Shown here in pieces: positions 12,780 through 25,724 of a stretch of 64,000 bases of DNA. The stretch spans positions 27,266,244 through 27,330,243 of the forward strand of contig JAHRHZ010000062.1 in NCBI GenBank assembly GCA_024137785.1, in the 5' to 3' direction. The DNA comes from Ginglymostoma cirratum (taxonomy: Eukaryota). The stretch's first letter is position 1. The number at the start of each line of letters is the position of its first letter. The notes under the pieces were generated by a model. It did no database searches. It was not told where the DNA came from and saw only the letters and a program-made list of their open reading frames with translations. Made by a program: the position numbers and the translations under genes.

Positions 12780-14497
12780 CTTTTCAGCAGCACTTGGGAG
12801 CCCCACCAGCAGCATTTAAAGGCATCATTATCCACTTGTACGTTAGTTAGTTCTTTCTTCTGGCTTCTACTGAGCTTATAGAATCATTGGCTGTATGGAG
12901 TTAATAAAACTTGATAAGATCTGCAGGAAGTGGTGCTGGAAGTAGTACAGGTATCAATGTATGAAAGCTAAACCCATTTGCTCCTAGCCATGAGGGTTAT
13001 AAAGCAGTCTCTCCTGTGGTGTAACATCAGCAAGAGATGTTACATGGTTCACAGGTAGCTGAAAGGGTAAGCTTTTTGTTGAGGTGAGAGGCTCTTAGCA
13101 GGAGGACTTGCCCACCTAGGGTTTCCAAGGAGTTCCTCAGCTACTTTACTAGAAGTAGTGTGTTCCACCGCTATACTTCACTAAGGAGTTGGTGACTGCC
13201 TGTGCTATCTCTTGAAACCAAGCCAATAGCTTTGAGCAACATGAGTATGGTGCTGCAAGTGACTTTGAAGGTAAGCGGGATCTTGAATTTTTTTGTTTGC
13301 AAGCGCTGCCTCCAGGCTGGAGCAGTTGATACAGCTAACATTGTCAATTCTGTTGCCCGTCATTGCATCTGGAAGGTGAACAAGTTTCTGTTAGTGAGGA
13401 CTAAGGACTTCATTGACTTCTCTCTGAATAGAGACAAAGTGGTGAAGAGAGCATTTTGGTTTTACCAGGATAATGGCTTTCCCTACGGTGTGTGGCACAG
13501 TCAACAGGACATATATATCTTAGCTCGTGCACATCTCAAAGAGCGATGCACCAAAACTGCAAAGGGTACCACACCCAAAGTGCAGTTGGTGTGTGACCAG
13601 GCCCAGTATGTCTGGCTGGTGAATGTTCACTCTTCTAGCTGCCCCTATGATTCGGTCATCCTGCGCCAGTCTGCCGTTCCAGCCAACATCCAACTGGCAT
13701 GTTGAACCAGAGCGTGGTTGCTTGGTATCAAGGACTATCTACATCTGGCAGATGACACACCTTCACAGCCTCAGCACATGTGGCCAGCATGGCCTGAAAG
13801 ATACCATCATCTCTGACAGCTCCATTTACACTGCTAACCGCAGCAACAGTGATGGCTGTTTCAATTGTTCCCAGCACCGTCTTCTTCAAGCAGGTCAGAA
13901 TGTGAAACCGTACTTTCTCCCCAGCAGTTAGCCTCTACTACTGTCTATTATAGACTGCCTTTGTTTCAAAATTGAAGAAAATGTGCCAGTGGTGCAGTCT
14001 GTTTAGGTACTGTCCTTGTCAATACTGAACGGTGTGTTTGAGTGTGAATGTGTGCTTCCTTGCAATGTTAAGTATGTGAGGGTGAGGTGAAACTTATAAA
14101 GGAGAAGTATGGGTCATAGTTGATAAAGATTGCTGGTAGCAAATAGAAGAGTCCTAGTGAATGGGATAGTGTGTGAATAGCGGTGCGGTTGATAGTACAG
14201 TATCTGAAATGTGAGGATGCTTGAACTGACAATGACCATTTGTGTGAGGTTATTTAACTTTGCTGCAACCAGATCCTTGGGGCTAGCCTACTGGCTAGCT
14301 GTGGCTACCTGCTATAACTTCCTACTCAGTACTTTTCCTCCTGGCCCCCAAATGGAAATGATCTCTCTCCTCCTGTACACTACTTGTAATCCTTACGTTT
14401 AGCAGATAACACAAAATTTGCACACTGCCTGGATCACATGGGGTGATTGTACAAAGCGATTCTCATTGCCATTTTTGGGGTTTATCTAATTTTGCCC
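12780..14497 (+). mobile_element. Decayed Harbinger transposon: transposase on +, Myb/SANT gene remnant on -
   Basis: ORF 13202-13705 has HARBI1/DDE_Tnp_4-like blocks (KVSGILNFF, RHCIWKV, GFP, KG...VQLVCD, DSVILRQSAVP) and continues frameshifted (WQMTHL). The minus strand at about 14230-14310 gives PRIWLQ..KLNNLTQMV. A putative right TIR aattttgccc lies at 14488-14497. The left boundary is approximate. Confidence 0.85.
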
Positions 14498-15329
14498 TGC
14501 CCTCCCCACCCTCTCTGTCAAAGTTCCTGAAATGTGATTCTCTAAACCAATGTGTGGTTTCCTGTGTTGTTGTGTTGTAGAGATAAACAGTGAAAAATAC
14601 GGGAAATGGAAGATAATCAATTGTATTCATTACAAAGATTTTTAGTTTCTCTTTATGGGAATTAAAAGTTAGGTGATGCAACGCTATTCCTCATATTTAT
14701 TGCAATACTTATGAAAATGATTAAAACTAAAATGCCGGATGGCTAGGGATGAATGGGTTGAATTCATAAACCACGAGGGAGTTGCCAACATAGATTATGG
14801 GTGTCATCTGAGCTGGCTGTTTCAATTACAGCCTCATTCTCACTGCCAAACATTAACACATTTTTAAAATACCTAATATCATCATAGAATGAAAACATTA
14901 GTCATGACCCTCAGAAGTATTACTGAGGTAACACTGATAGAACTTTGTGAGGCAAATATGACGTCATGTCTGCCAAATACTCATGACTTGCAGAGGCTGT
15001 GGATTGTTGCTGTTTGAAGGGAGAATTGTGAGGGAATTTACAGTGCAGCTACATTTCAGGTTTTGCACTAAATGTATTGTAAAGAAAACTGAAAACAAAT
15101 AAAATTTTTAAAACTTGTCAGTGTTAGCTCAATACAAATGCTAAAAAAAAAACTGATGCAGCTTTGGAAAGCTTTGTGATCAAAACTCCATCTGCACACA
15201 AAAACTTCACTAACTTGATCGATGAAGCATTGCTGACATCCCATTATAATATAACACATGTAGTGTAATGGGAACTTTGTGCAATTGGAGAGTCTTTGTA
15301 AACAAAAAGCAAAAAAGATTACTCCGAAT

Positions 15330-15490
15330 GCTTGAAGTCAGAAGTAAAGACTGAAAATGCTCAGCAAATTTGTAATTTGTAAAGTTGCAGATCAGATTCT
15401 ATGAAAGACTACACCTGAAATATTGTCCATCTGTAGATGCTGGTTGGTCTGATCAGTGCTTCCAGACTTCTTCTGTTCCTTTTTGAAGTT
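15330..15490. mobile_element. Old degenerate Penelope-tail palindromic fragment
   Basis: gaaaatgctcagcaa ... cctgaaatatt ... agatgctggttggtctgatcagtgcttccag resembles the tail family. Confidence 0.45.
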
Positions 15491-18400
15491 AACAGTAAAT
15501 TGTCCAACTTTTTCTGTTCTTTTTTAAAGTTAGCAGTAAATTTGTCCAACCACATTGGGATTTCATCTCTTTTTTCAGAACAATGAACCATAAAACTCAT
15601 ATCACAGAAAATGTCAATGTATTTTGCTAGTCTGCAAATGGAGAGGGTTGATCATTAACATACAACCGCACAGGGGAAGAATACTAGTTTTTAACCCCCA
15701 ATTTTTAATCCACAGTGGCCATATTTGGGATAGACCTGGACTAAAGGAGTAAAAGAGTAAAACACAAAAGTCGGCTATTCTTCAGGTACTCCCCCTCCCC
15801 CTCAACCTCTTTTAGAAAGCAAGTGCCCAATGGCCTTGTCTCAATCCTGCATTCTGAGAGAAGCTTATGCTGTGTGACAGAAATAATACAATAAATGGGT
15901 TTAACCACATTTGTTGCAGATAGACAGTCTCTTTGTCAAAGATTGCTGGTACAACATAAACAAATTATGTGTTTGTGGGACTTTTCAAGTAAACCTATCT
16001 AACAGAGTAGAGATTGTGTTTCAGCAGCTGTAGATTTAATCTCCTACCTGTCAGTTAAACAGGCATTTCCTCTAGCAGATAAGCCTTGGCTACAGGGAGT
16101 GGGAGGGGGGTGGGGGAGGTGGAGAGAGTGAAAGCTGGACAAAAACCCTTTGTTACTGCCTTATAATTTCTATGCAGATTTACCATCCATTTCCATCTGA
16201 GCACTAACGCTCTTGGATATCTTTGTTTCCTGTTTTATGTTAGTTTTTTTTAAGAGGGTAAACCTGGCCTTTATTGTTGTGCAGTTGAGCAGAAAGCAGG
16301 GGGACTGAACCAAGGCTTCTTTCTGTGGCTCTGGATGATTGTCATCTGGAAGCAAAGGGAATAACAAAGACTTTGAGAAGAATACTATAGTTCATGAGGG
16401 GCCTGTCTTCTATTTTGCTGCAATTGATGCTTTAGCTCAGACAAGGACAAAAGCAATGTTTAATCCTTTATTTCCAATTTTCTCTTTTTCTCTTTCCACC
16501 TCTCCTGAAGACCTGGGACAGAATCACTAATATTGCATATTTCCTGCCATCATTTCCAAATGGTCAGTCTGTGCAAGTACCTGAAACAACAAGTGTTGAC
16601 AGACTGTTCCATTTGTGGCCTATTCCCCAAAAAAAACCTCGCGTTTTGCTTTTGTAACATGGCTGCAGTTTGCACTATCTTCAGGACACTGTGCAAACAT
16701 TTGGCTCCTTTCCACAGCCCCTCCCAACCACAGGAAGTCCACCAACTAAAAGGACTAGGTAAGCAAGGGAATAGGAATGTCAGCATCTTCAAGTGAACCT
16801 CCAAGCCATGCACCATCACAAGTTGGATATATATCGCTGTCAATATTGGTCAACTCCCCACCTAACAGCATTGTGGAAGTACCTCGACCTTCACTGCAGC
16901 AGTTCAAGATGATCCTTCGCTACCTAATAAATTAGTAATTTAAAATCCTGCCCCCACACACATTTTTCATTTGGATGACAATCAAAAGTTGGGTCTCTGA
17001 TTGATCCTTTCCACAACTGCTCTCTTTTCCTGCCCTCGTCTGAGCTCAGTTTTATGCATTCAGTCATTGTCCTTTGATTGCTGCCTTCATTGATGTGAAC
17101 TAATTCAGCTATGATCAAACCTGGACCTTTTTTTTGTTTTATTTTGTTTTTTTGTTTTTTTTTAATATTTGGTATCATATTTTAGTGCATTTGTCCCATG
17201 ATTCATCAAAGTTGTCAATTTTGATAAATATAGTTTGTGGGTTGCTAACTGCTGAGTATTCATACCAAGTCACGTTTGGTGCTATGGTGTATATCAGCTA
17301 CAAGTGTTGAAAACATTCCATTCATGACTGGCCTTGGAAGTAAATAAAAACATGATTCCTCTTTCAAAATAAGCATCTTGGGCAGAATTTAATGTCTTCC
17401 TCTGTTGCATGCTTGACGCTGGGTACATTTAGTCAAGCAAGTGATAAATGGGGACCCAGCTACCTTCATGACACTGTCTTGATTAAGTCTGTTGTGGGAA
17501 AACCTGTGGATGGCCTCATGCTCCTAGGATTACCCAGGCCCTCTGGATTGCTGGTTCAATGACATTACCACTATGCCACCAACTCTCCTTACCATGTAGG
17601 AAGCCTGAAGACCAAGCCACGGTGTGTTTGCTTGCAGACTTCTGAGGTGATACCTTGTTGTTAGGCAGTCAATTATGAATCAAGAGGCCTGGCATTGGGA
17701 AAATGGAACGGTGGGCCTGAGAGCCAGTTTGTGCCTTTGCTGCTGAATGCTTATTCAAACTGTCTGTGACCCCAACCTTGCAACATCCCCACCTGCCATT
17801 GCTCAACAATGCTTGAGTCCATGTTGGCTCTGGACCTTGGGTATGACGGCAACAACAGTCATTGTCTCCCTAATGGCACTGTTAAGTAAAGAAGTGCTCT
17901 CAGAGGAGTGGTAATTTTACCCCAAGTTCCTTAATTCCAGGAAGACCTATCATTGTTGATTTAAGTGCCTGTTTGACATTAAATGTGTCAATATTTCCCA
18001 AGAAGAGGTTACATAGGACCCTTGAGATCCTCTTCCCTTATATCAAATATGAGCCGTTGTGATGCCATGGCACGTCATCTGGTGCATTATTCTAAGTTCA
18101 GTTAGTTCAAAGTAACAGGCAGATGTACTTCATTCATAATTGCTTCTTAAGCGTCCACAGAAGGGTCTTGCAGTTTTAATAAAATGGAATTTTACATAAA
18201 TGTGGATACATTTTGAAATTTTTTATTTACATATTCAACAGTAAACATTCTAGTTTCATCTTTGTTTTCTTGTTATGGAAGTTTCATTCTCCGTATACCT
18301 GTACAATATTTTAGTTGTAATTTTAATCTCTCAGCTATATCACCAATCTCCTTATAACTGTTAACATACAGTAACAATACTATTACAATAACAGTGACTG

Positions 18401-18799
18401 TGAAACATTTGAGCTATGCATTGATAACAAAATAGCAATCTTATTTTAACACTTTTCTGTAGTTCTGTATCATCTAGACATTATTTAAATGTCCCAACCT
18501 ATAAATCTAATACTATTTCCATGCTGTTATCTCATTACCTGCCCAACACTGAAACAGAGTGGCCTACTGTCTGAGTTCAGCACTGTATGCTTAAAGATTG
18601 TTACAGTGAGGATATATAAATGGCGCTGCTTGCCCTTTTAAGGTTATCCCACTTGTTGCCCCTCCCTATCACCTACTCTCAATTTTCAATTTCAACCACT
18701 CCCCCACCCTCAGAAAATTTTGTCCTACAAAGGCAGGAGTCAGGTGTTAAATTATACACAGCTTGCAGTTCTCCGCTCCTCTCCTGAGACACTAGATAG

Positions 18800-19877
18800 G
18801 GAGAATTCCTGACATGAAATTCAGGCCTTTACCTGGTACATGTTACTCCAAGCCTCCGTTTTAATGCCCCTTCATTAACATGCCCTTTATCACCTCATGA
18901 ACAGCATCCTTCTCCACACTCCATTCACCAAACTCAGCACTGGCAAGCCACGAGTCTTATCACATTAATGTGCTGAACTCAGACAACTCAGAGTTCACTT
19001 CAGGTTTTCAGGACTTCTCTTTCTAGCCCAGGGACATCATTGACAGGTGTACTGCTGCATCACTCTGTGCACGAGGACACATAGCCATCTCATGCATCAA
19101 CACAGGATGCATCTTTTAATTCAGCTTCATATCTTAGTGGTCACTCATTTTGCAGTTACTGGAGGCTGCCAGCAGCTGTGGATTCCATTGCTTTTTTAGC
19201 CGGAGAGCTGTAAGAGTTAGTCATGATGGAGGACAGTTTGGCTGAGATGCTGTCTGCAGTAGTGTGGTTGGTAGTCCATAAGCTCTGGTGAACTTTGCTT
19301 TACAGTGAGCGTGAGGTTGCCAGAAACAAGATGGTGACAGTGACCCTCACAGAATGCAGAAGATCGTTGACCTTCTCTCTACACTACTGTGCATTTCATC
19401 TGATCCTGGAAATACCACTGATCTGGACTGCTGTCTATGTCTAGGCACAGTGCGTTTGGCTCCTTGGCCTCTTTTGGTGGTCTGTTGAGTAAAAGAATAA
19501 CCTTCCTCTCACCGTCCTGTCCACCAGGACTTCTGGCTTCCTATCTAACTGTGGTGCCAGATCTTTATCTGAGGAGTTTTGGTTTCTTAAGAGGACAGTG
19601 TGTGAGGTTTGCCCTGGCTTGCAGCAACTATAGTGGTGTGCAGCAGAGCTTTAAATATGGTGCTAGTGGCTTGTGTAGAGGAACATCCTGGCAGCAGAGG
19701 GAATTTCATCTCTCCTGCAGCATGATTGCATGCGAAGGACCCCAGATCAGCTAGTTGGATAAACGATGAGGTGAGGAGTGTAAAGTGGCATGATTAAAAT
19801 CAATGTGAACCATGACAGTACACCCGCTATGAAATTGCCTGAAAATAACACAGTCTAAAGATGGGAAAATTCAGCCC
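18800..19877 (-). mobile_element. Decayed Harbinger element (Myb/SANT fragment at 19342-19434)
   Basis: The minus strand reads TAVQISGISRIR*NAQ*CREKVNDLLHSVRV, the same family as 4386-4472. A TIR-like end aaaattcagccc lies at 19866-19877. The left boundary is approximate. Confidence 0.7.
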
Positions 19878-19894
19878 ATAATCAAAAACCCTGG

Positions 19895-20500
19895 CTCATA
19901 AGATCATAAGGAATTAGAAGCTTTGGCTTCTCCAGTCTTCACCATTCTATGAGATCAGGGATGATTTGATAGTGACCAAACTTTCACTTTGCTGTCTGCC
20001 AACCACAACCATTGACTCAGCAGTGGATTAAAAAAATCTGTCAAAATCAGCCTTGAATATATTAAATGACTCAATTTTCACTGGTCTCTGAGGAAGAGAA
20101 TTCTAAAGCCCATCAATACTTTGAGCGAGGAAACGCCTCTTCATTTCTGAAATAATTCCACGAAGGCTGGTATCCTGTCACCAAGTCACCCTTTATTTAC
20201 CTGTGCATAGTACAAGATACTGACCCAGCTAGCTCCTACAGTGAACATAACCCCTGACATTGTTGTTTATAATCTGTCAGCCAGGACTCCCTGATTGGAC
20301 CAGGTTAACAGCCCCAATCAGGGAACTCATATTCTTTGAGGTCCACCTGGCTGACCATGTTCCAGTCATTACAATTTCTATGTTCAGTGGGAGAACCTTG
20401 TTTTTAATCTGCTCATTCAGGATTTCCCCATCTTAATACCTTGTCTTGCCTGCCCAGCATCTTAATATGTTTCACTAAGATCACATTTTTATTCTCAGGT
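19895..20500 (-). mobile_element. CR1 LINE 3' fragment, split by a solo LTR
   Basis: cataagatcataag tail and ccattctatgagatcagggatgat match the CR1 3' ends at 22160 and 63575. Confidence 0.65.
20148..20373 (-). mobile_element. Solo LTR, 226 bp
   Basis: TG...CA ends and a perfect 5-bp TSD atttc (20143-20147, 20374-20378). On the minus strand a CCAAT pair, then tataaa, then aataaa appear in LTR order. Confidence 0.85.
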
Positions 20501-20535
20501 GTAAAAATAGTTGCTTAGTTGTATAGAGGTTGAGT

Positions 20536-20742
20536 ATTGCTGAAAAAAAAATACATTTTGTCATAGATTTCTTCTTGCATTCGTCAGAACAACTCACCAG
20601 TGTACCAATTAAAGGGGAAAATCAACATCAATACTGTATGAGAGGAGAGTGCTGAATGAGTACTCTCTTTCAGTGTAGCTATTGCTTATATTAGCATTCC
20701 TGTGATGTGTACTTTGACAAACTGTGTCTTTTATCAGCAGTG
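20536..20742. mobile_element. Short element with inverted ends and a degenerate hammerhead-like core
   Basis: attgctgaaaaaaaaatacattttgtca is imperfectly inverted to tgacaaactgtgtcttttatcagcagt. The minus strand reads ctgacgaatgcaagaagaaa at 20568-20587. Confidence 0.45.
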
Positions 20743-22159
20743 ATCAACTTTTCATTCTTTTAAATTCCGGTGACTCTAGGCCCAACATGTTACTCAATAT
20801 TTTTTCATAAAATAGCTGCTTCATCCCACGAATCAAAACAAAAGAAATTAGGAGCGATGACTGAATCTTATTCAAGAGTGAGTTTTAATGAAGATTTTAA
20901 ATGTGGACGAGAGAGTTGAGGGAGATTAAAGGATATAGTGATGGAATTTCAGTGTGTGGGGTTTTCTCACATTGGTTGATGTTGTCTTTTGGAAAAATCG
21001 CTATATAAAATGTCAACAAATCGCTGCTAAGCTCACTGATGTTTTATAGAATGAAATACTTTTAGAAGTTCTTAGAGGGGATATGTGTGCCACTGTAATG
21101 TCATTGAATGAGTAATCCAAAAGAATAGGCGCTTTTGCCTAGTTTGGACTACATGTCACTCCATATACGCAGCATTGTGGTTGACTCTTAGCTTGCTCAG
21201 TTATTGAGGGGGTGGTTATTTCCTTAGGGTTGGGCATATTGGCCTTGGTAGCAACACCCACATCCTATTAAAGAGTTAAAAAAATTACTAAAATTATGCT
21301 TTTGCTAGTCCTTATTTATGAGAAGGATCGTTACAATATCACTGAAATATGTTCCATTTCAGACTGATATTAAATGGCAAGTTTCTTCTGGTTGATAAAT
21401 GTGATGTGCAACCACGTAATTATGATGGTAACACCATCATGGCCTAGTATATTACATGGTTTTATTCAAAGTAAATACCAAATAGAATGTTAGAATTGGC
21501 TATCATCTTCTTTACCACAATAGAGAGAATGGGTTTCCACCACAACCTCTTCCTTACTCAGTATAAGTTTGCCATCTCAGCAGTATTGTCATGGGAATGT
21601 ACTGACTGTGACCTGTGGGCGTGGCAGTTTAATATCTGTCTTGTAAAAAAAAGTAAGAATGAAATTACAATGTAATAGTGCTGCATGTGTTATGGCTGAT
21701 TGGGCGATCTTCTCTTTTGCCTTTCCGTGTTACCTCTTTCCTTGGCTGGGGGAGGATAGACACTGTGACTGGTATCATTACAATACTGCTCCTCTGTGTT
21801 ACAGATTACAGTTTGGGTATGCTATAGTGTCATTTTAAGAGGTGAGTCACATGAGCACTAATGAGTCATCAGCCAGGTTTGTGGGCGTGTTCAGATTTGT
21901 TTGAGTTCTTACAAAGTACACAGCTTGGGGATAAAACTTCTGCAGTTGCTTGCAGCAAACAACATGTCTATATTTTCTTTAGTTCTGACTGGAGCCTAGT
22001 AACTGCCCAGTAGAGAACACCCGGGTCTATTTCTTAAACATAATACACACAAGTTGCTTTGTTTGTCAGTCATGATAGACCAAAGAGATGGCATTGACTG
22101 AAGACAAGGTGTTCCACTTAGGAGGAAAAGAAAAGTAGATCAGATTGTCCACAGACTAC

Positions 22160-22490
22160 AAGGTGAAGGAGCAGAAATAGGCCATTCAGCTCATTGAGTT
22201 TGATCCACCTTTCAATGAGATCATGGCTAATCTGATAAACCTCAAACTACTGTCCTTTTTCTCCATAACCCTTGATTCCCTTCCTGATTAAAACATTTTC
22301 TATCTCAGCCTTGAATATACTTAATGATTCAACCTGTAACAGCCTTCTGCAGTAAAGAATTCCACAAATTTGCTACTCTCTCAGAGTGAAAATTACCTTG
22401 CATTTGTATTATAAATGGGTGACCCTTTACTGTAAAATTATGCCCTTGGATTCTAAGGTAAAACAACTTCTCTGCATCCACCCTGTCACT
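22160..22490 (-). mobile_element. CR1 LINE 3' end
   Basis: ggagcagaaataggccattcagc...tcaatgagatcatggctaatctg...agaattccaca is a typical reverse-strand CR1 3' UTR and ORF2 end. Confidence 0.8.
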
Positions 22491-24569
22491 CTTCCCTTTT
22501 TCACTTTGTGCTGAACAGCCCAGAATAATTATGGTGCAGGCTTGTCAGTGATTTTTCTTCCTGGTGTATGTGTGGAGACACCTGAAAGTAAGTAACTCAA
22601 AAAGTAAGGTTCACTTTTTAAAAAAGAAATATTGTACAACTATCCTGGGAAATAAATTCTGCATTCAGACTGAAAATATAAAACATGCATTTTCCCTTTT
22701 TTGCCATTTAAATAGTTTTGACATTTGTGTAACGGAACCCTATGATATTTGTGCAACAGTGTATGATGGCTGTACAAATAGTTTAAATGCTTCTGGCAAA
22801 GAAGCCCAGAAGGGAAACCCTCTTTAATTGGAGCATTGAATAGCCATGTTCATGACTATATCCAAATGATTGTAAATTGAAAATATTTAGAATAATTTTC
22901 ATTAAAAAGAAATGCTTGAAAAAAATTTTGTAAGTTAGGAAGAACCATCTCCTCTGATATTTTCATGAGAGGAATGTATTGATTTTAATTTATCTATATT
23001 TTACTTTCTCATTTCCTTGATGACGTGACTGAATTTTAGACTCACATCCTATACATCTCACTGCCCCATTAGTCAGAGTACCTTAACATTACATTTACTA
23101 ATTCAACACAAGACACATGCTGCAAGTTCAGATTGTTTCTACACTTGTTAATATATTGCTGGCTGAGAGATATATGTCTCAAAGCCTTCTTGTAACTGAC
23201 CTCTCTAAGGTTTGTAGGAATATGGTGGACCTCCCTCTATCTGGGGGAAAACCATCCCTTGCTACTTTAACAAAGTGTATGGGCTCTGTTCAGGAGACTC
23301 TGTGTCCTGTCACTATGGTGGTGCACGATTGACACACCATTGACCATGTCAACACACCAGTTTGTGTCCTTACCAAAACAAATGCATAAGTGAGTGCATA
23401 AAAAGAATCTGGTTTCCCGAAGTTTGAAGGCAGTTTTGAAGGCAGGCGACACTAACAGATAGTGGACCTGCACTGGTGATGGGATTTCTATTCGTGCTCT
23501 CCTATAAATAGTAATGAATTGCATATCCTATTATTACCCTTTGGTGTTAAACATGTTTCTGCAATATGCTGTCAACAATTTGCTTAATGTTGGCATTGCT
23601 TTGCAGAGCCTCATCTGGACTAAATTACAGAAAAATAAAAGAGAAAAGAGCCCCACATCTTTCAGCTTTTTCTCGTTAGCCATAATGGGTCAGTGACCAC
23701 TAACAGTGACAATTTGCATAATAGTCAACTCTTCACTTTTGTAGTGATGAGTGTTTGTTTCTGATTAAATTTAGTCTCACTTAGTTCTTCAGGCTTTTTT
23801 CAGAACTTGCAGATACAGAGCTTTCATGTTCAGTTTGAGCCAAGCAAACATACACTCGGGGATAACAATGTGCTGAGAATATGCATATTTTACCACTGAT
23901 ATCTCTGTAAAACACCAACAAATAGATCCCCCAGGAGTAATAAATACACTGTAATTTTCCTCGCTTGCACTTTATGTGGTTTTAACAAACTATGGCTTCT
24001 TAATAATAATATTTAATTGACAAGACTGTGACAGATTCAGCGATGATAATATTAAGTATTAATGTGGTTCCTTGCAATTTAATATTCTTCTAACTGTATT
24101 GACTTTCTTAAAGGAACGATGCTAAGATGCCACTGAGAAAAGCTCTGACATGGTGTAGAACTAAGAAATCCCTTTCAGTGTTCCCTCAAAGCTACACAGT
24201 CACACAACAATTCAGAAATTGACATGCAGCAAGTTGTTGCTACTAATTACACTGTTTCTGCATGGCCATGTTAAAAACCGTTCAAAGATACCCCAAGCTT
24301 AGATTAAAAGTCAATGCACAGCAAATAGAAAATTTGTCACGATGTTAGTCGTTTCTCATTGTTGCCAGATCTGCTTAGATTTACTCCTTGAGGTTTTGAT
24401 GTGTGATCTGCCATTCCAAACCCAGCCAGTCAAACAGGCCTTTTTTTTAAGCAATTTGCACTGTTTTTTATAATTAATAAATGGAAGTGTTCAGAGTGAT
24501 TGCTGCCACAATTTGTAATTTTGAAAATGCATAATGAAATTTGTAATTTTATGGGCTGAATTTAGAAAA

Positions 24570-24850
24570 GAAAACTTGCGTCCTTGTAACTTTTGTAACC
24601 AAAGGATGTCCCAAAGCACATTTTAGCCAATAAAATACTTTTGAACTGCGTTCATGGTTGTAATTTAGAAAACCTGATTGAAATTTTACATGGAGCAAAG
24701 TCCTACAAACACGAACATGATGATAACCAGATAATTTGTTTTAATGATGTTGGTTGAGATGATGTGGCCAGCATACCAAGCACAACTCCCTAGCTCCTCT
24801 GTGAATTAGTGTCGTGGTAACTTTTATGTTCATCTGGGAGGCAGACGGAA
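24570..24850 (-). mobile_element. Deu-domain SINE (SacSINE1-like) fragment
   Basis: ggatgtcccaaagcac...ataaccagataatttgttt...ttggttgag...agtgtcgtgg is similar to 25725-26130 and, inverted, to 58210-58500. Confidence 0.65.
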
Positions 24851-25724
24851 GGTGGAGATGGGGACGAATCTTATCCTTTCAAAAAAGCAGGAGGGGAAGT
24901 AGCTTGAGAAGGTTAGCATGGGGCGTTATCAGCTGCCTTCCCACCAACTCAAGATTTAAGTTATAGATTGGAAGACTATGTTGGACCTCTTAAGTGGCCA
25001 ATTATTAGCCACTTTGAGGACCACATCATGATATGTAAGAACACTAACAGCCTTCCTACTAGTATACTGGAGTGGCCTGTCTGCCACATTGGATAGGCAG
25101 ACAGAGAGGCGGGGGGAGTGGACGTGGGTGGTGGTTGGGGGGGTGGTGTGATTGATCTGCCTCCATATGAGGATGACTGGGGGCACAAAGAGGGAAAGGG
25201 CTTGGCTGCTGAAAGCCACACTGCTGTCCTTGCTTCCTTCACCCCCATCACAATTGCCCTCAATCTCACGCTGGAATCCCCTGATAAGGTAACTCCTGCA
25301 TCAGCTGCTCCTGAATTTCGGAATTGTTATGCTGAGGCTCACAATGGCTGCTGACCTCTGATTGGCTAGCAGCTGAAGGAAGGGTGGGGCAGATTGTCAT
25401 GGGGACAGGATTTTGGTGGAAAGCTCACTAGGTAACCACTCAAACTGTGATATACAGAAGATCCAGTGGCCTTTCCCATTTACAATGCTGTCAAGTATCC
25501 AGCCTATTTTACATCGGCTGACGCACTTGGGTCAAAAAACAAGAAGTTTCTGTGTGGGACTTCAGTCTGTCTGATGGTGAGTGACAATGCAGTGCTTTTT
25601 TTAGTAGATCAATCAAACTTAGATTATGTTAACGACTTTGTTACTAAGAGCTTCTGATGAATTGCTTAAACACTGTGCTATTCTCAATATTATTTGCACA
25701 CATGGAGCAGCTAATGAAAGACAA

